Assembly (NCBI GenBank): GCA_949358305.1 | Contig: OX442314.1 | Location: forward strand, 11,842,001 to 11,906,000 | DNA length: 64,000 bases | Direction of reading: 5' to 3' | From: Strigamia acuminata | Lineage: Eukaryota | Shown here: positions 1 to 13,400 of the stretch, one piece after another | Layout of the letters: the number at the start of each line of letters is the position of its first letter | How positions within the stretch are numbered: position 1 is the first letter of the stretch | Notes under the pieces: generated by a model | Database searches by the model: none | What the model was told of the DNA's origin: nothing | What the model saw: the letters and a program-made list of their open reading frames with translations, nothing else | Made by a program: the position numbers and the translations under genes

Positions 1-2203
1 ATTTTTCTTGGCAGTTCCCCCTAAAACCGTGTCGGAGCCGTTACTAGAGTAAAATGTGTTTAAAAAACAAGTTAGAAATTGATTAAAATATCTCTTAATG
101 ATGTTTAAAATACCAGAACCAATGGCAATGGAATAATTTGGCGTTATTCTTATTTTCCCACAAGTACACCACTTTTCCTACTAATATTGAATCGATTGAT
201 TGGTCGGGAGTGACAATCACGGAATCGCCAACTTTAATCTAAATTTATAAATTAAATAAATAATTTTAATTTATTATTATTATTATTATTATTATTTTGT
301 AATTTCTTACCACTTCACCATTAACCTTCACTGCACTGTAAAACGATTTATCAGCAATAGTTAATTCCTTTTTTCCCACCCAAGCCACCCGAGCACTGCA
401 CGAGTCGGAATTTCGCTGCCGTGTAAGTTTGGGAAAATTTACTTCACTTTCAATCTAAAAATCGAATAAAAAATTATAATTAAATAAATCGTAAAACTTA
501 ATTAAGGTATTACGTCTTTTAGAAATTCATCTTCGGAATCGCTGAATTCATTTTCACTACTATCACTTTGTTGCTAAAATAAAAAAAGGTAAAACAAAAA
601 TTAATTTCTATACTAAATATAAAATATTTCCTTCTAACTCACTTTGCCGCGCCCGTTTTCCACTAATTTCGGACTGGTTTTTAGTTCACGCGCAATTTGG
701 TCTCTGAACATCGTTTCAAAAACTTTTCTAACTACAGGTGTCGTTGTAGCTTTCGATCCTTTCTGTTTCTCTCTAACAACTCTCGGCAACCGATCAACTT
801 TCTGTGAGCTGACCTTCTGCTTAGTTTCAGGAGATTCAGCTGCCTCGTGTCTATCTCGTATTGTAACTCCAGCGAGTCGCGTCAGTGTTTTCATACACTT
901 CGTTTGGCACAAAGAATTTTCGTCGTATTCGGCAGCGTCGTCGTAACTGGAGAGATGATCAGCTATGAATTGAGCATGATGAATTAAATTCTCTTCACTA
1001 AAATTACTGAATCCTTTCGGTGGCGTGTGTACCTACAAGTACAATAATCATTTAGAATAAAGTACATAAACGAACAATTTTTGTCTGACTTGTATTTTAT
1101 TTATTAGATCTTCGTACGTTCCATTCTCATTATCCTCCAGAAATTCAATCACCAATTTACTTAAATACACTTTAATCATGGTGGATTTCATAAAAGGTGC
1201 GTACGACGTGTTGGGTGTTCCCAAATAATAATTGGCAAATTCTAAAAAAAAAAAAAATAATAATAAAAATTAGAATAAAATAAAATAAATTGATCTAGAA
1301 ATTCTTACCGGATGAAATCCCTATGATTACATCACTACCTCCGTCGTAGCCACTGCTCCACCACTCAGTAATAGGCCCAATCAACGAAACACACACACCA
1401 CCTGTAATCGAAAAATATTGATTTTCCATTTCGTAACAGCGAATTAAAAATTGACCTTCTGGACTGAGATCATCATCAAATATCGGTTTAACACAACCGC
1501 TGAGAGAGAGAATTTGTCCATCCTCTATTAATCCGGAATCAAAAGGACATAAATGCATTTTTTTGTCGTACACGCTAAAATCAACGATTTTATAATCGGG
1601 TTTGGAGTCTTCGTCGTAGTTGAAAGCGCCACCAGTGTCCACGCTCAACTTTGCGTCAAAAATTACGTCGGTTTCACTCAACTATATAAAAATAAACACC
1701 AGATTAATCTATTCAAACTGTTAGAAATAAAAAATTAAAAAAAAATCGATCGTTTACTCCATTATCTGTATTCTCTGTATATGTAACCAGATTATCGTCT
1801 AAAAATTGCAAACAACTAGAACATCTGGAAGGTCGCGATTTTTTGCACTCGTTTAGTTCTAGTTCTTCATATTTCATTTTTTTGGTAATTAAGTTGTTGG
1901 TACCACTAGATTTACGTTTGGAAGAGCTGAAATTAAAAAATGAATGATTATATCTTTTGGAAATTGATATTAAGCAGTAAATTAAACACTCACAAGCAAT
2001 CTTCTAGCACGATGCGGAGTTCTTTCAATTCTAGTTCATTTGTGTCTGTATTGTCTGTATTGTGGTTGTTCTTTAAATAGTTTTCTACTTCATTTCTATC
2101 TAGCAGAACTTCGACTGATTTCATTCTGAAATCACAGCAAGGTGGAATATGTGCAAGAATGTCAATACTAGAAAGCCTACCTCAATTTCTCTATTTCTTG
2201 CAT
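1..2203 (-). CDS. DNMT1: DNA (cytosine-5)-methyltransferase 1, 5' part (multi-exon; continues beyond window start)
   Basis: Spliced minus-strand exons give the RFTS domain (RCSSCLQFLDD, FSVYDKKMHLCPFDSGLIE, GPITEWWSSGYDGG, TYEDLINKIQ, KATTTPVVRKVFE) and BAH1 (VAWVGK, IKVGDSVIV, FHCHWF, GSDTVLG). The ATG at 2203 is inferred from a GT-AG-consistent exon chain. Confidence 0.93.
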
Positions 2204-2613
2204 TGGAGAAAATCTAGAACAGAGAATAAATATGATTCAAAATGTTACACTATTTTTAAACTGCAGTTTCTGGCATTTAATTATTCGACATTTCTTTTGC
2301 CGCGCTTTTCAAGGCACAAAGCGGGAAAGTGACACAGATCGACAAAAATTAGCTCCACGTTCCAATAACCAATAGAATTTAACTATTTGGTCACGTGATC
2401 AAATGAATTCTAACGATTTTGTGCTTTTATTTCTCGTTTTATTTTTATAAAATATATTTTCAATATATTATTTTATTTTATGCTTAAAATTCTGCTAAAT
2501 AAATTATTTTAAGCAATAAAAATATCATTGCAAATTTTTCAGCATCGAGCGGGCGCTAACCTTAGTTCGAATTTTTCCCACTATAATTCTCTTTTCCACG
2601 TGTGTGCAGCAAA
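2204..2613. promoter_or_regulatory. Putative bidirectional promoter DNMT1/NOP53
   Basis: ~410 bp between divergent start codons; E2F-like GCGGGAAA (2321-2328) and E-box TCACGTGA (~2391-2398). Confidence 0.5.
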
Positions 2614-4409
2614 ATGGCGCCGGTGAAGGAGTCCAAGTCTCCGCAAAAAGCAAAGAAAGTTCGTGTTCGTGGTAGTAAACATAAAAAGAAGAATTGGCGT
2701 CGTGAAAGTAACATTAAAGATGTTGAGGACTTTTTGGACGAAAAGCGAAAAGATGATAGATTTAGGTAAAATAGACATGTTCTCATATTTTTGCGCAATA
2801 ATCAAATTTCACTTTTCTTACCAGGTCGAAATCGCAGAGAACTGACGACGAACTGTTCCAAATCCAACGAAAAATTTCTAAACGAGGAAAACTTGTCAGC
2901 GATTTGAAAAAAAGAAACGCCGGACCAAAATTTACATGTTTGGATATTGATGATGGAATAGAACCAATCCTTAAACCGTAAATTTCGTTTTTAACTTTAA
3001 ATTCCATGGAAAACCTTAAAATTGATTCGATTTCAGGAACACCAGTAGTAAAGCATCGAAAATAACGCGTAATCCGATACAGAAAGCTAAATTCAAGTTG
3101 GCGCAGAGCAAAAATAAGACAGATCGCAGTGGAAATCATTTTATTTCATTGTGGACACCAAATAAAGATATTTGGCAAGACGGTATTACATATTTTAATT
3201 AATCTCGTCCGATTTAAATGACATATTCTCATATTTAATTTAATTAGACAAGAAAACATTTGAAAATCAATATTTACAAGAGGCGGACGAATATTTCCAG
3301 CAGCAAACGTGTAAAGTACAAGTAAAGGTAATGAAACAACAAAAGAAACGTTAAAACAACATCCAGAAAAATTAATAAATTGATTCTAATTGCAGCCGCC
3401 GTCGTCTTATTACGCGAAACCAAGCACTTTACCTGCTGTAGAGGTACCCGACCCGGGAGCATCTTATAACCCCGTTTACGAAGATCATCAAAAATTATTG
3501 CTAAAAGCGCGCGAAATTGAAGTTAAAAAGAGGAAAGAGGAACAACATTTAAATCGAGTGTTAACGCAACAGTTTCCCACAATAAAAGACGCTCCCACTG
3601 AAGTATGCCGTGTTTTTGACGATAATTATCCGGTATTAATTCCGATTTATTTATTTAGGCAACTTGGCTGCAAGAAATGTCTCAGGGAATGAACCCGAAC
3701 GAAGCCAATGAAAGCGGAAGTGAAGTTGAAGATTTCGACTTAGATTTTCTGAGTGTTAATCCGCCAACTTTAAATAACAAAAAAACAAAAGCGAAAAGAA
3801 ATAAAGAGAAGAAACAGAAAATGCTCGAGTCCAAGTTAAAGAAGGAAAAAGGCGAACGGAAACGGGAGAATGAAGTTTATAAGTAAAAAAAATTAATAAA
3901 TAAAGAGATAAAACATTACCGGGTATTTATATAAATATTTTCTTTTCTTTGTTTAGGATAAAATCGTTTCTAACGACCATAAAGAAGAAGGAAAGATTGA
4001 CGAAAGAACGTCTAATCCGTCGCAGAAAACGTAACATCAAAGCAATGGCTTTACCTGGCAGATTAGGTCGCGTTAAATATGAAGATCCTCATATAGAATT
4101 AACGTTAACGAACGAATTGCAGGGCTCGTTACGCGAAATGAAGGTGAGTTTTAATTAAAAGGGGTAACTAATAAATATTTGTACTAATTTAGTTGTAATT
4201 TTTGCCACCAGCCGAAAGGTAGTTTGTTGGAGGACAGGATGAAGAGTCTTCAAAGGAGAAATATGATCGAACCGATGGTTCGGCAGAAGTACGTTTCGTT
4301 TTTAAAACATTTTACTCAACTCATATTAACACATTCATTAAAATTTTTCAGGAACAAACGAAAATATAAACTCAAAAAATTCGTTAAAAAAAGCCATAAA
4401 GACGAATAA
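2614..4409 (+). CDS. NOP53: Ribosome biogenesis protein NOP53 (GLTSCR2/PICT1), multi-exon
   Basis: SKHKKKNWRR..IKDVEDFL, LPAVEVPDPGASYNP, RLGRVKYE..ELQGSLR, LLEDRMKSLQRRNMIEP are Nop53-family motifs; GT-AG introns; stop at 4407-4409. Confidence 0.92.
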
Positions 4410-4497
4410 TTATACAATATTTGTATACAGATGAAATAAATCTCAAATATCCATAATTTCATTTTGATTATTATAATTATTATGATGAAATGTGAAA

Positions 4498-7400
4498 TCA
4501 CGTGTTAAACTGTTTATATCCAGCTGGTTTGTTCACTTTTTTATCCCCATTTAACAAAGCGATCACTTCTCCGGCACAATTCGATGCGAACAATGTCTGA
4601 CTGTCTGCTGAATATGATAAACTGAAGAAGAAATAATGGAAATTGAAGTACCGCGATGATAATTTAATATTCTCATTCTCACCTGATAACAGGGTGAATA
4701 AACTTATCTTGTTTGATGATATTTACTGGTCTTAAGTCCCAAGTGCTCCACAAACTGAATTTTAGACAGAAATATTAAGTTTAGCTTTAAAAAATTGCTA
4801 TTTCGCTGCTAAATTACTGTATTTCTCCATTATCCATTCCGGTGGCGATGGAATTTACGGACGAGCCCTCCGGTGCGCAGGAAAAGCAAAGCGAATGAAT
4901 CGTGGCAGAAATCGATATTTCTCCAACAAGTTGGCAGTTAATAGTGTACAATCGCAGATCAAATCTGTTATTTGACTCGCAAACTACGGCGATGTCGCCA
5001 GTTGTTTTACTAATAGATACAAATTTAGCCGGCACGCCTGGTGTTATACTACGAACATAATTCAAACTGAAAAAAATATAAATAAATTATTATTTTTAAT
5101 TATTTTATAAAGTATCAATTTACCTAATTAAATCCCATAAAATACAAGTGCCGTCCAAACTGGCGCTTACCATTACCCCAAACATGGGACAAATTGTTAA
5201 ACTAGTTACGGCAGCGTGGTGCCCGTACACGCAAATCGGTCTCTAAAATAATGAAATTAATTAAAAAGTTACATTAAAAACATTAATACGGTGTACCGAT
5301 TTGTTTATCGTCGCTTTTGAAGCTTCAAATTCGATTTTATAGCGAGTTATTAGTCCGGATTCGTGCCCGACGTACAAATACGAGCTATCTGGTACAGTTG
5401 TGCAGCAAGTGACCTAAAAATGCGCAGTAAATAATCGGAAATCGTAACAAAATACCACACAAAAAAAAATTACTTCATCCGTCAAGCTCTTCCTCAAAAG
5501 CCAATAGGGTTTCTGGTCCGGTTCGGTGCGCACTCTGACCGTCCCATCGTGATATTTCCAAGAAATAATCGCATTTACATTCGCTATTAAAATAACAACA
5601 AAATGTTAACATTTCCTCTATTTATTCGCCCAAATAAAATCACCTTTAGATTTAATAACGTTGCACAAAACGCAACAGTTCTCCGCCAAACCGAAAACAT
5701 CGTTCGTGATATTCAAAGACACAAACGACGTGGCCACAAAATTTTCCTGGTTTTTCCAAAGTAAAGTAAACTTGTCACAAGCCGGAGATCCGACGTAATT
5801 ACCCCACTGCAGACCTTGAATCTGCGGCAGCACTGACTGAATTAAAATAATACAATTAAAATAAAATATATTAATAATAATTAATAAATTCACACGTCAG
5901 AACAAAATGGCGTACTGGGATATTATTTTTGCTTCCCGTTTTACTGTCTCCCATTAAACTACGCAAAACCATTGGATGCGGACACGTAAACAATTGTTTC
6001 GGAGTTTGACCCAGTGTTCTAATCATTGTTTTAATTGCAGCCATTTGGATAGGATCGGTAATATGATCCTTCTTAAATCCGTAATAAGTCTGAAAGAAAA
6101 ATTAGAGAAATATTGATCGATTAAATTAAAAAAGTCGTCTGTGATCTTACGGTCGGGTAATAGACATTGCAACCATCAATGGCGGCTTTTCCGGTTTGTT
6201 TGTAGCCGAAAATGAGGTCGATCCATTCGTTCAAGTGTTCCGTCACGTACTCGGATTCCAACGCTTGGCGATGAATTAAAATGAACAAACGAGGATCGTT
6301 AAGAGACCAAGGAGGCAGAATAACGTTGTCCACTTTTTCGCCGTTTTGACGAATTCCCATGTCAAATCCTATTTAAATACAGTTTGCTTTATTCAACGCT
6401 ACATTCGACTGAGTGGGTCTAACTTCCAACCTTCCGCATTTGTGAATAATTCAGGCAAATAGAATAATTCGGGTATCAGTTCCTTCATGTCGGTGCTCGA
6501 CTCTGAGCTCGACAACCGCCACGCTGTGTTGACCGAGTGAAAAGAACGATCGGGGATGTCGAAATTTGAATCTGTAAGAAATAAATAATTTAATTCAATA
6601 ATAAAATGACAATTTTAAAAAAGAAAATTGTTATTTTACCTTGATATTTAACGAATACGCCGGTATACGGCGGCAACCGAACCAAAAAATACAGAACTGT
6701 CATGCTGTTAGAGTAATGCGAACCGTAATGAAATGGGCCTAAAACGGGCATCAAACGTGAATCAAGAAGTACATCTTGTTTTTGTTTCTCGTTTTTCCAA
6801 TACTAAAAATAATTATTTACAAAAAAATCAGTCTCATTTTTTTTTTAAAAGTTTTATATTCACTTGGTAAGTTTCCATGTAATGTTTTTCCCTCTTTTTA
6901 TCCTGTATCGCAACCGGCCGCTGCAAATCCCTTCAGATTAAATAAATAAACAAAATAAACAAATTTCCTTAATATCTTTTTTTATGTTTGATTATTTCAC
7001 CTGTAATTTACTGGATCCAATAGATTCAACGAATCACTCGTGTAATTAGAAAGTAAAAATGGAAACACGGGATACTGCATCAAATCGTTGTGCGAACGAC
7101 CGGCGAATTTATTTAAATTCGTCAAATATTCAAAGTTCGTCATGCGCCCAGATCGCCAAAATTCAGTTACCAGAGCCAGCTCGGATGGTTTAATCGAATT
7201 AAGTGATGGATTATTAACAATTATCGTTTGATATAACGTATCACGATCCTGTTAACAAATTATCACGCGTTGTAAAAATAAATCCCCCGTTTTAATCAAA
7301 CGTTACTTCACTTTTTCGCTGCGAAAATTCAAAAAATAAGTTTCTCCATTTCGGAGGAATATTTCAATCGCCGTGTCTTCCAAACTATAGCGCCGTTGAA

Positions 7401-10400
7401 CGATCTCTTTCAACTCCTTAAAATCCCATTCGTGTAAAATTTTACTTTCCATCTGAAAATAAAACCAATCCGACCAAATAAATAATTTCAACAGCGAAAT
7501 AATAAAATAATCCAATTACCCTTATGTTTATTGACTTGTATTCCACCTTTTCCTTATCACCCAGAAAATACAAGCAAACATTGCCAACCAATATCTCGCC
7601 CTCGACATCATGCGCCGGCGTAATGACGGTACAAGCCGACGAATGCCTAATTTTATCATCAGAATGGAACCGATCACAACCGGCGGAACAGCCAAAGCTT
7701 AAATCGTCGTCTTCCAACAAAAAAGAAAATGGCCGCTTCTTCGTAGCGGGTTCTAAATTTAAAAAATTAAAAAAAAAATTAAAAACTCTTCGATAATAAT
7801 CAGAGAACTGACAGCACCGAGTTTGTACTGATGCGAAGGCAATAAAAATCGAGAATCTAAATGAAGATGGGTCCTTTGGAGCCGTCTTCGTTCTCTCAAA
7901 GGTCCCTCGGTGTTACACAACTGCCAAGTGTCGGGATAGCAGTCAGCGAAATGCCAAACCGCTCTATTTAAAGATTAAAAGAAGTCGCATTTAATTATCT
8001 TCGATTATTCAATTAAATTATTCAATATAGTAACTGCTTGCTGCAACCTTTCATGACATAAACGTGCAGTTATTTGTTCCCAAGAGTTACGCACTTGACG
8101 TATTTCGTTGTGGAGGGTCTTAATGTTTGTCATTAAATCTTTCTGAAGATTGTTTTTCGTAATAAACATTGATTTTGTTACGTTTCTCGCGTGGTCACCC
8201 ACCGTACGCACCAAACGCTCGTGTTGAGTGAGTATTCTAGCAAAGAAAAATAAATTTACGTTAACAATTCACGTTTTTTAATCGTTTAATCAACGTTACG
8301 AGTCCTCCTCGATTTCATTCAGCGACAACCAATGTTTCTTTTCCATTTTATCCTCGCGGATCCATTTCTCTTCGATCTTTAACCGATATAAACCAATTAG
8401 AATTAATTCATGTGATTCCATCGATTGATATTCACTTCTTTGGTGACGGGTGACAAACTGTAATGACGATCAACCATGTCCAACAAGAATTCGCAATCCT
8501 TTTTCTCCGATCGGTTTATCAGCTCGTCTTGAACGACCAATAGTCGACGCAGGTAGAACCAGAATCTCTGACGTAACTTGTGTCAAATAATAAAAGAATT
8601 AATAGAATAAAGGGATTGAATGTGAATTCACTTTTACTTCTTTGCTCGCTCTTAAAATCATGTTTAAAAGCGGGTGAGGACGGTCTTCCTTAACTAGCAC
8701 AGTTACGGCAAATAATCGTTGCTCGATTGGCTGTGACGGAGAAAGTAGAAACACGAGCAACCTCAACAACGCCAAACAAGTCGAATTTCGGATGTCAAAT
8801 ATGCCGGATTTATTGTTTCTCATTGGTTTCTTAGGTTCGGCCTGCGAAAAGATGAAGAAAAGTCAAGATTTTGTTGTAATTTACGCTTAAAAAATTACTT
8901 TTTTTACGTACCAAAATGATGTTTGCAGTTTGGATATGCAACTGGACTAGATCACGAATAAAATGTTTCTCGTAATTTGAAGTGTTCTCAATAGCATCTG
9001 AAAACAAATGAATTTAGGTGAAATTTCGGAAAGTTAAAAATATTTCAAATTTTATTTACCTGCATGAATGAGGAAATCCGTCGATCTGGTAATGATTTTG
9101 TTGAAATTTATTCGTTTTGTACTTAGATTACCCATTCCTCTATTTCGATTTTCTAATAAAATGAGATTTTAATTTTTTTTTCAATGATTATCGGATCACT
9201 TTAGTACCTCGACGAAATTTGTAATGTTGATGTATGAACTCGATTGCTTTTTGTAAACAAGAACACTGGAAAAACCGAAGTCTGTTTATAAACCTAATAT
9301 TTGAATCTGCAAAGAAAAAAATATTAAATTAAATGAAATTAGCGAAGTTATAAACAAAATAACAAATTACCTTGACGTTTCGTCTCCTGTTTTTCAGTAT
9401 ACGATAACAAAACCGTCAAATCCGTCAGAGATTTAAAGTGGGGGCCGCTGAAACCAAAAAAATAATCAAATTTGACGTTATAATTTTAAAAAATATTTAA
9501 AAAAATTTAAATTACCTGATTGCACATATCGCAATTTTGTCTAAAATCTTTTTTATATCGTCACAAAGTAAGTGCTGCTCTTCGGAATCAACACCGGCAG
9601 TGGTTCTTGGCTCGGAGTTCAATACATTCATAATAACTTGAATCATAACCTCTAGAAACGCTTTGTTGGTGAAATGAAACATAAACGGATAAATGGACAA
9701 CATCTGGAAAAGAAAATACAAATAAAATTAACCAAAAAAAAAACAAAAAAAAACAAAAAACCTACGTCCAACATGAAATTAAGAAGTTTATGACACAAAA
9801 CCGTGTTGTTCGTAGTAGTTGGCAGAAGAGCAAAAACTAAAACGAGAGATTCTTCTTGTACGGCGTTTAAAGACCCGATTTCACAACCGCTACAACTGAA
9901 AATACAATAAATACCGATATATATATATATTAAAAACGACAAATTACAAGAGAAAAATTCAATTTACTCGTCAAAAACAAAGTTTTTATCAAGCAGCAAG
10001 GACAACGTCGCTTCCACAAGTTCAACGCTCGAAGAATGTTTTCTTATCTGATTAGCCAACATCACAAAACCCTTCATCTTCAAAAAAGAATTCCTCTGCT
10101 CCTCCGTGCCTTGTTTCAGACAAGAATGCAACAACTAAAAAATAAAATAAAATTAATAAAAAAAATAATTTAACAAATGTAAATGTCAAAAATACTTTAA
10201 TAACTGCCGTTCGAATCGAATTACTGTTGTTATTAGCCAACACCAACAAATGTTCCGGTTGAATAACGGATAAACAGATATTAGCTGATCTTTCAATGGG
10301 TTCCACCAACAATTCCAGCAAACCCGAACACAAAATTATCATACTGTTTGGCTCATCGTGCGACGTACAGCAATTCTTTTCCGAACCATCCACAGTGAAC

Positions 10401-13400
10401 ACTTCCCAGTCGTCGCTGTGATCTTCGTGCGTCGATATATTATCGAGTACAAATGTATTTTGAAAGTTTTCAGTGATAATTTCGTAATCCTCATAAAATA
10501 TTGGTGATTCCTGCACGTTCGAACCCCGTCTCTTTGAATAATTTTTCCCGCTATCAAAATTATCGGACGCCGAATCGTTTTCCGCCAATTCGGACAACTC
10601 CTCGCTCCCGCAGCTGTACTCAGCGGACGTTACGTCTTTACCTGAAAGCAGTAAAATGAAAATTCCAGACCCGCATCCGATTAAATTCAATGATTTTTAA
10701 CCTAAGGTTTGCGACGAAGAAGCGACGGAGATGGGACGAAACCCTAGAAACATCAAACACGTTAATTAATTAATTATTAGTCGAGTTATTTGACTTACTC
10801 GCTGACGGATGAAGAGAAAAATAGAAATTGTGACAATCATCGGACAGGTTAGTGTTTGCAGCCGGATGAGCCAATAAGACGAAATTGTATATGGAATTAA
10901 GTACGGTCTGTTCGAGTGGAAAAGCGACGATTTTCCCCATTATCAGAATCAAAAGTCGGCATATATCGTGCGGAAGTGTCAATTTATCCTCCATGTAACG
11001 TTCCTAAGAATTAAATCAAGTTGCAATCGGCTTGAAACGACAAAAACTTGAATGTTCACTGACTTCAAATGACATAAGTAAATTGTTAACGAAATTGTGA
11101 GAGAGTTGAGATCTGTTGAAGACGTGATGTGGATGTCCATCTGAGATCAGCTCTTTTATGGCTAGAAGAAATGTTTTGTAGACGTTAAAATCGTATTTTT
11201 CCCAAGTCTGAAAAATGCAAAGAGGTAAGAGCACATCATTTTACTCGTATGTAAAATTAATTTCTTACTTTCCATTGCCTCAGAGTGGCGGTCAAAACCT
11301 CGGGATCGAGAATCACCGCTTGGCTTTTTTCAATAATAATTGGTTTGGCGAGAATGCTGGCACATTTTATAATCGGTGCACTTAAACAAGAATTTACAAC
11401 CGTCTAGATAAAAAAAATAATCAATTTTAGTCTATCACTTTGCTGGAAATTTTATACACAAAATTGCAATTTAATCTACAATTTTATCCACAAAACTGAA
11501 ATTTTATGCACAAAACTGGAATTTTATGCACAAAACTGGAATTTTTAGGCCCAAAACTGTACTTTTTAGGCCCGTAACGGTATTTTTCGGTCCCGTAACG
11601 GTATTTTTCGGTCCCGTAACGGTACTTTTCGATCCCGTAACGGTACTTTTCGGTCCCGTAACGGTACTTTTCGGTCCCGTAACGGTACTTTTCGGTCCCG
11701 TAACGGTACTTTTCGGTCCCGTAACGGTACTTTTCGGTCCCGTAACGGTACTTTTCGGTCCCGTAACGGTACTTTTCGGTCCCGTAACGGTACTTTTCGG
11801 TCCCGTAACGGTACTTTTCGGTCCCGTAACGGTACTTTTCGGTCCCGTAACGGTACTTTTCGGTCCCGTAACGGTACTTTTCGGTCCCGTAACGGTACTT
11901 TTCGGTCCCGTAACGGTACTTTTCGGTCCCGTAACGGTACTTTTCGGTCCCGTAACGGTACTTTTCGGTCCCGTAACGGTACTTTTCGGTCCCGTAACGG
12001 TACTTTTCGGTCCCGTAACGGTACTTTTCGGTCGCGAAACGGTACTTTTCGGTCCCGAAACGGTACTTTTTAGTCCCAAAACTGAAATTTTATGCACAAA
12101 ATTGTTCTTTTTAGGCCCAAACTAAAATTTTATGTACAAAACTGAACTTTTCCCGCCCAGAACTAAAATTGTATGCACTTTTGATGCCAAAATATGACAT
12201 TTTTGGACTCATTTGTAACTTATACACGTTAAGTGCACGACCCCTGGTGCTTAAATGGGCACAGGCCACTACACCGACCTGGCCACAGTTCGGAACTTAC
12301 GATAGTCGTACCTTAAGCGTCATATATTTAGCGCAAAAACGGCTCGTGGAAATTAATTTCGCGACGAGTGAAGGCCCATTGAGATCCAAAAATCCTTGTC
12401 TGTACGTGTAATTACTGTCGACAAAATTCAACAGCAAATGCAGCGCTTGAGCTTGAGTTTCTTCGTCGGAGGAACATTCCACAACCTGGAATAAAAAATA
12501 AAAAAAATAAAAAAAGTAATAAAATCATTGCCGTTCTTACAATTTCATTCATTTTCTCGTTTATATTTCAGTTATATTCCTTACTCTGCATACTAGCAGA
12601 AGCATCAGAGACACGCCGCCCAGCTGGTCAAGCACGGAATAGATAATATTGGCTCGTTGCAATTTGAGATTAGTTGAGCATTGAATTGGAACCGGTTTAA
12701 CATCATGTCCGCTCAAAAACTGAGTGACCATGTCGAATTTATGCGGCGAATAAATGACCGCGATTAATTCCTGCAGACACGATAAATCCGTCTTCAGCGC
12801 TTGGTGAACCACTGGAACACCAACACCTGAACCGATTAATTTAGCCACTAGCTGGACAGGGAAACAAATCTTGTCACTTTTGGTCAAACTCGTAAAAAAA
12901 TTCGTGTTATTTGGGCCTAAAACGTACAGTACAAGATTAAGATCCCGACTTAAAACAACATCTGTTGCATAAATAATAAAAAGAAATTAGTAAAGTTGAA
13001 ATTACGACATTAATTAATTAGATTTACCTTTTAAAAGCATAAGACTACCTAAGTAATACGAGTTTTTCATCTGCTCTTCGTGCGTGTGACCGATTAATAT
13101 CCGATTTATGGGCGCTGTTATGTAGGAACGTTTTGTTTTCAGTTCGAATTTCATCGTTTCGTTCGTTATGTGCGCATCTGCAATTATTGTAACCTAGAAA
13201 AATCAATTATATTAAGTTTCCGTGATAATAAATTTAAAAAAACAATATTTTTACTCGGCCAAACACTTTATCCTCTTCTTGCACGCACGTGTAATTGACA
13301 GTCATGTGATTCCACTCGTGCAGGCGCAACACGGACCTGCAGAGCGATTCTGACACAATTGTATATTTTCCATCATCGGAAGTCGATATCCTTAAAACCA

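Noticed and set aside
11504..12125. ORFs of (TGPKSTV)n and (GPVTVLF)n; superficial CRISPR-like look
   Set aside because: Artefacts of a stop-free 21-bp intronic minisatellite; there are no unique spacers and no cas genes.
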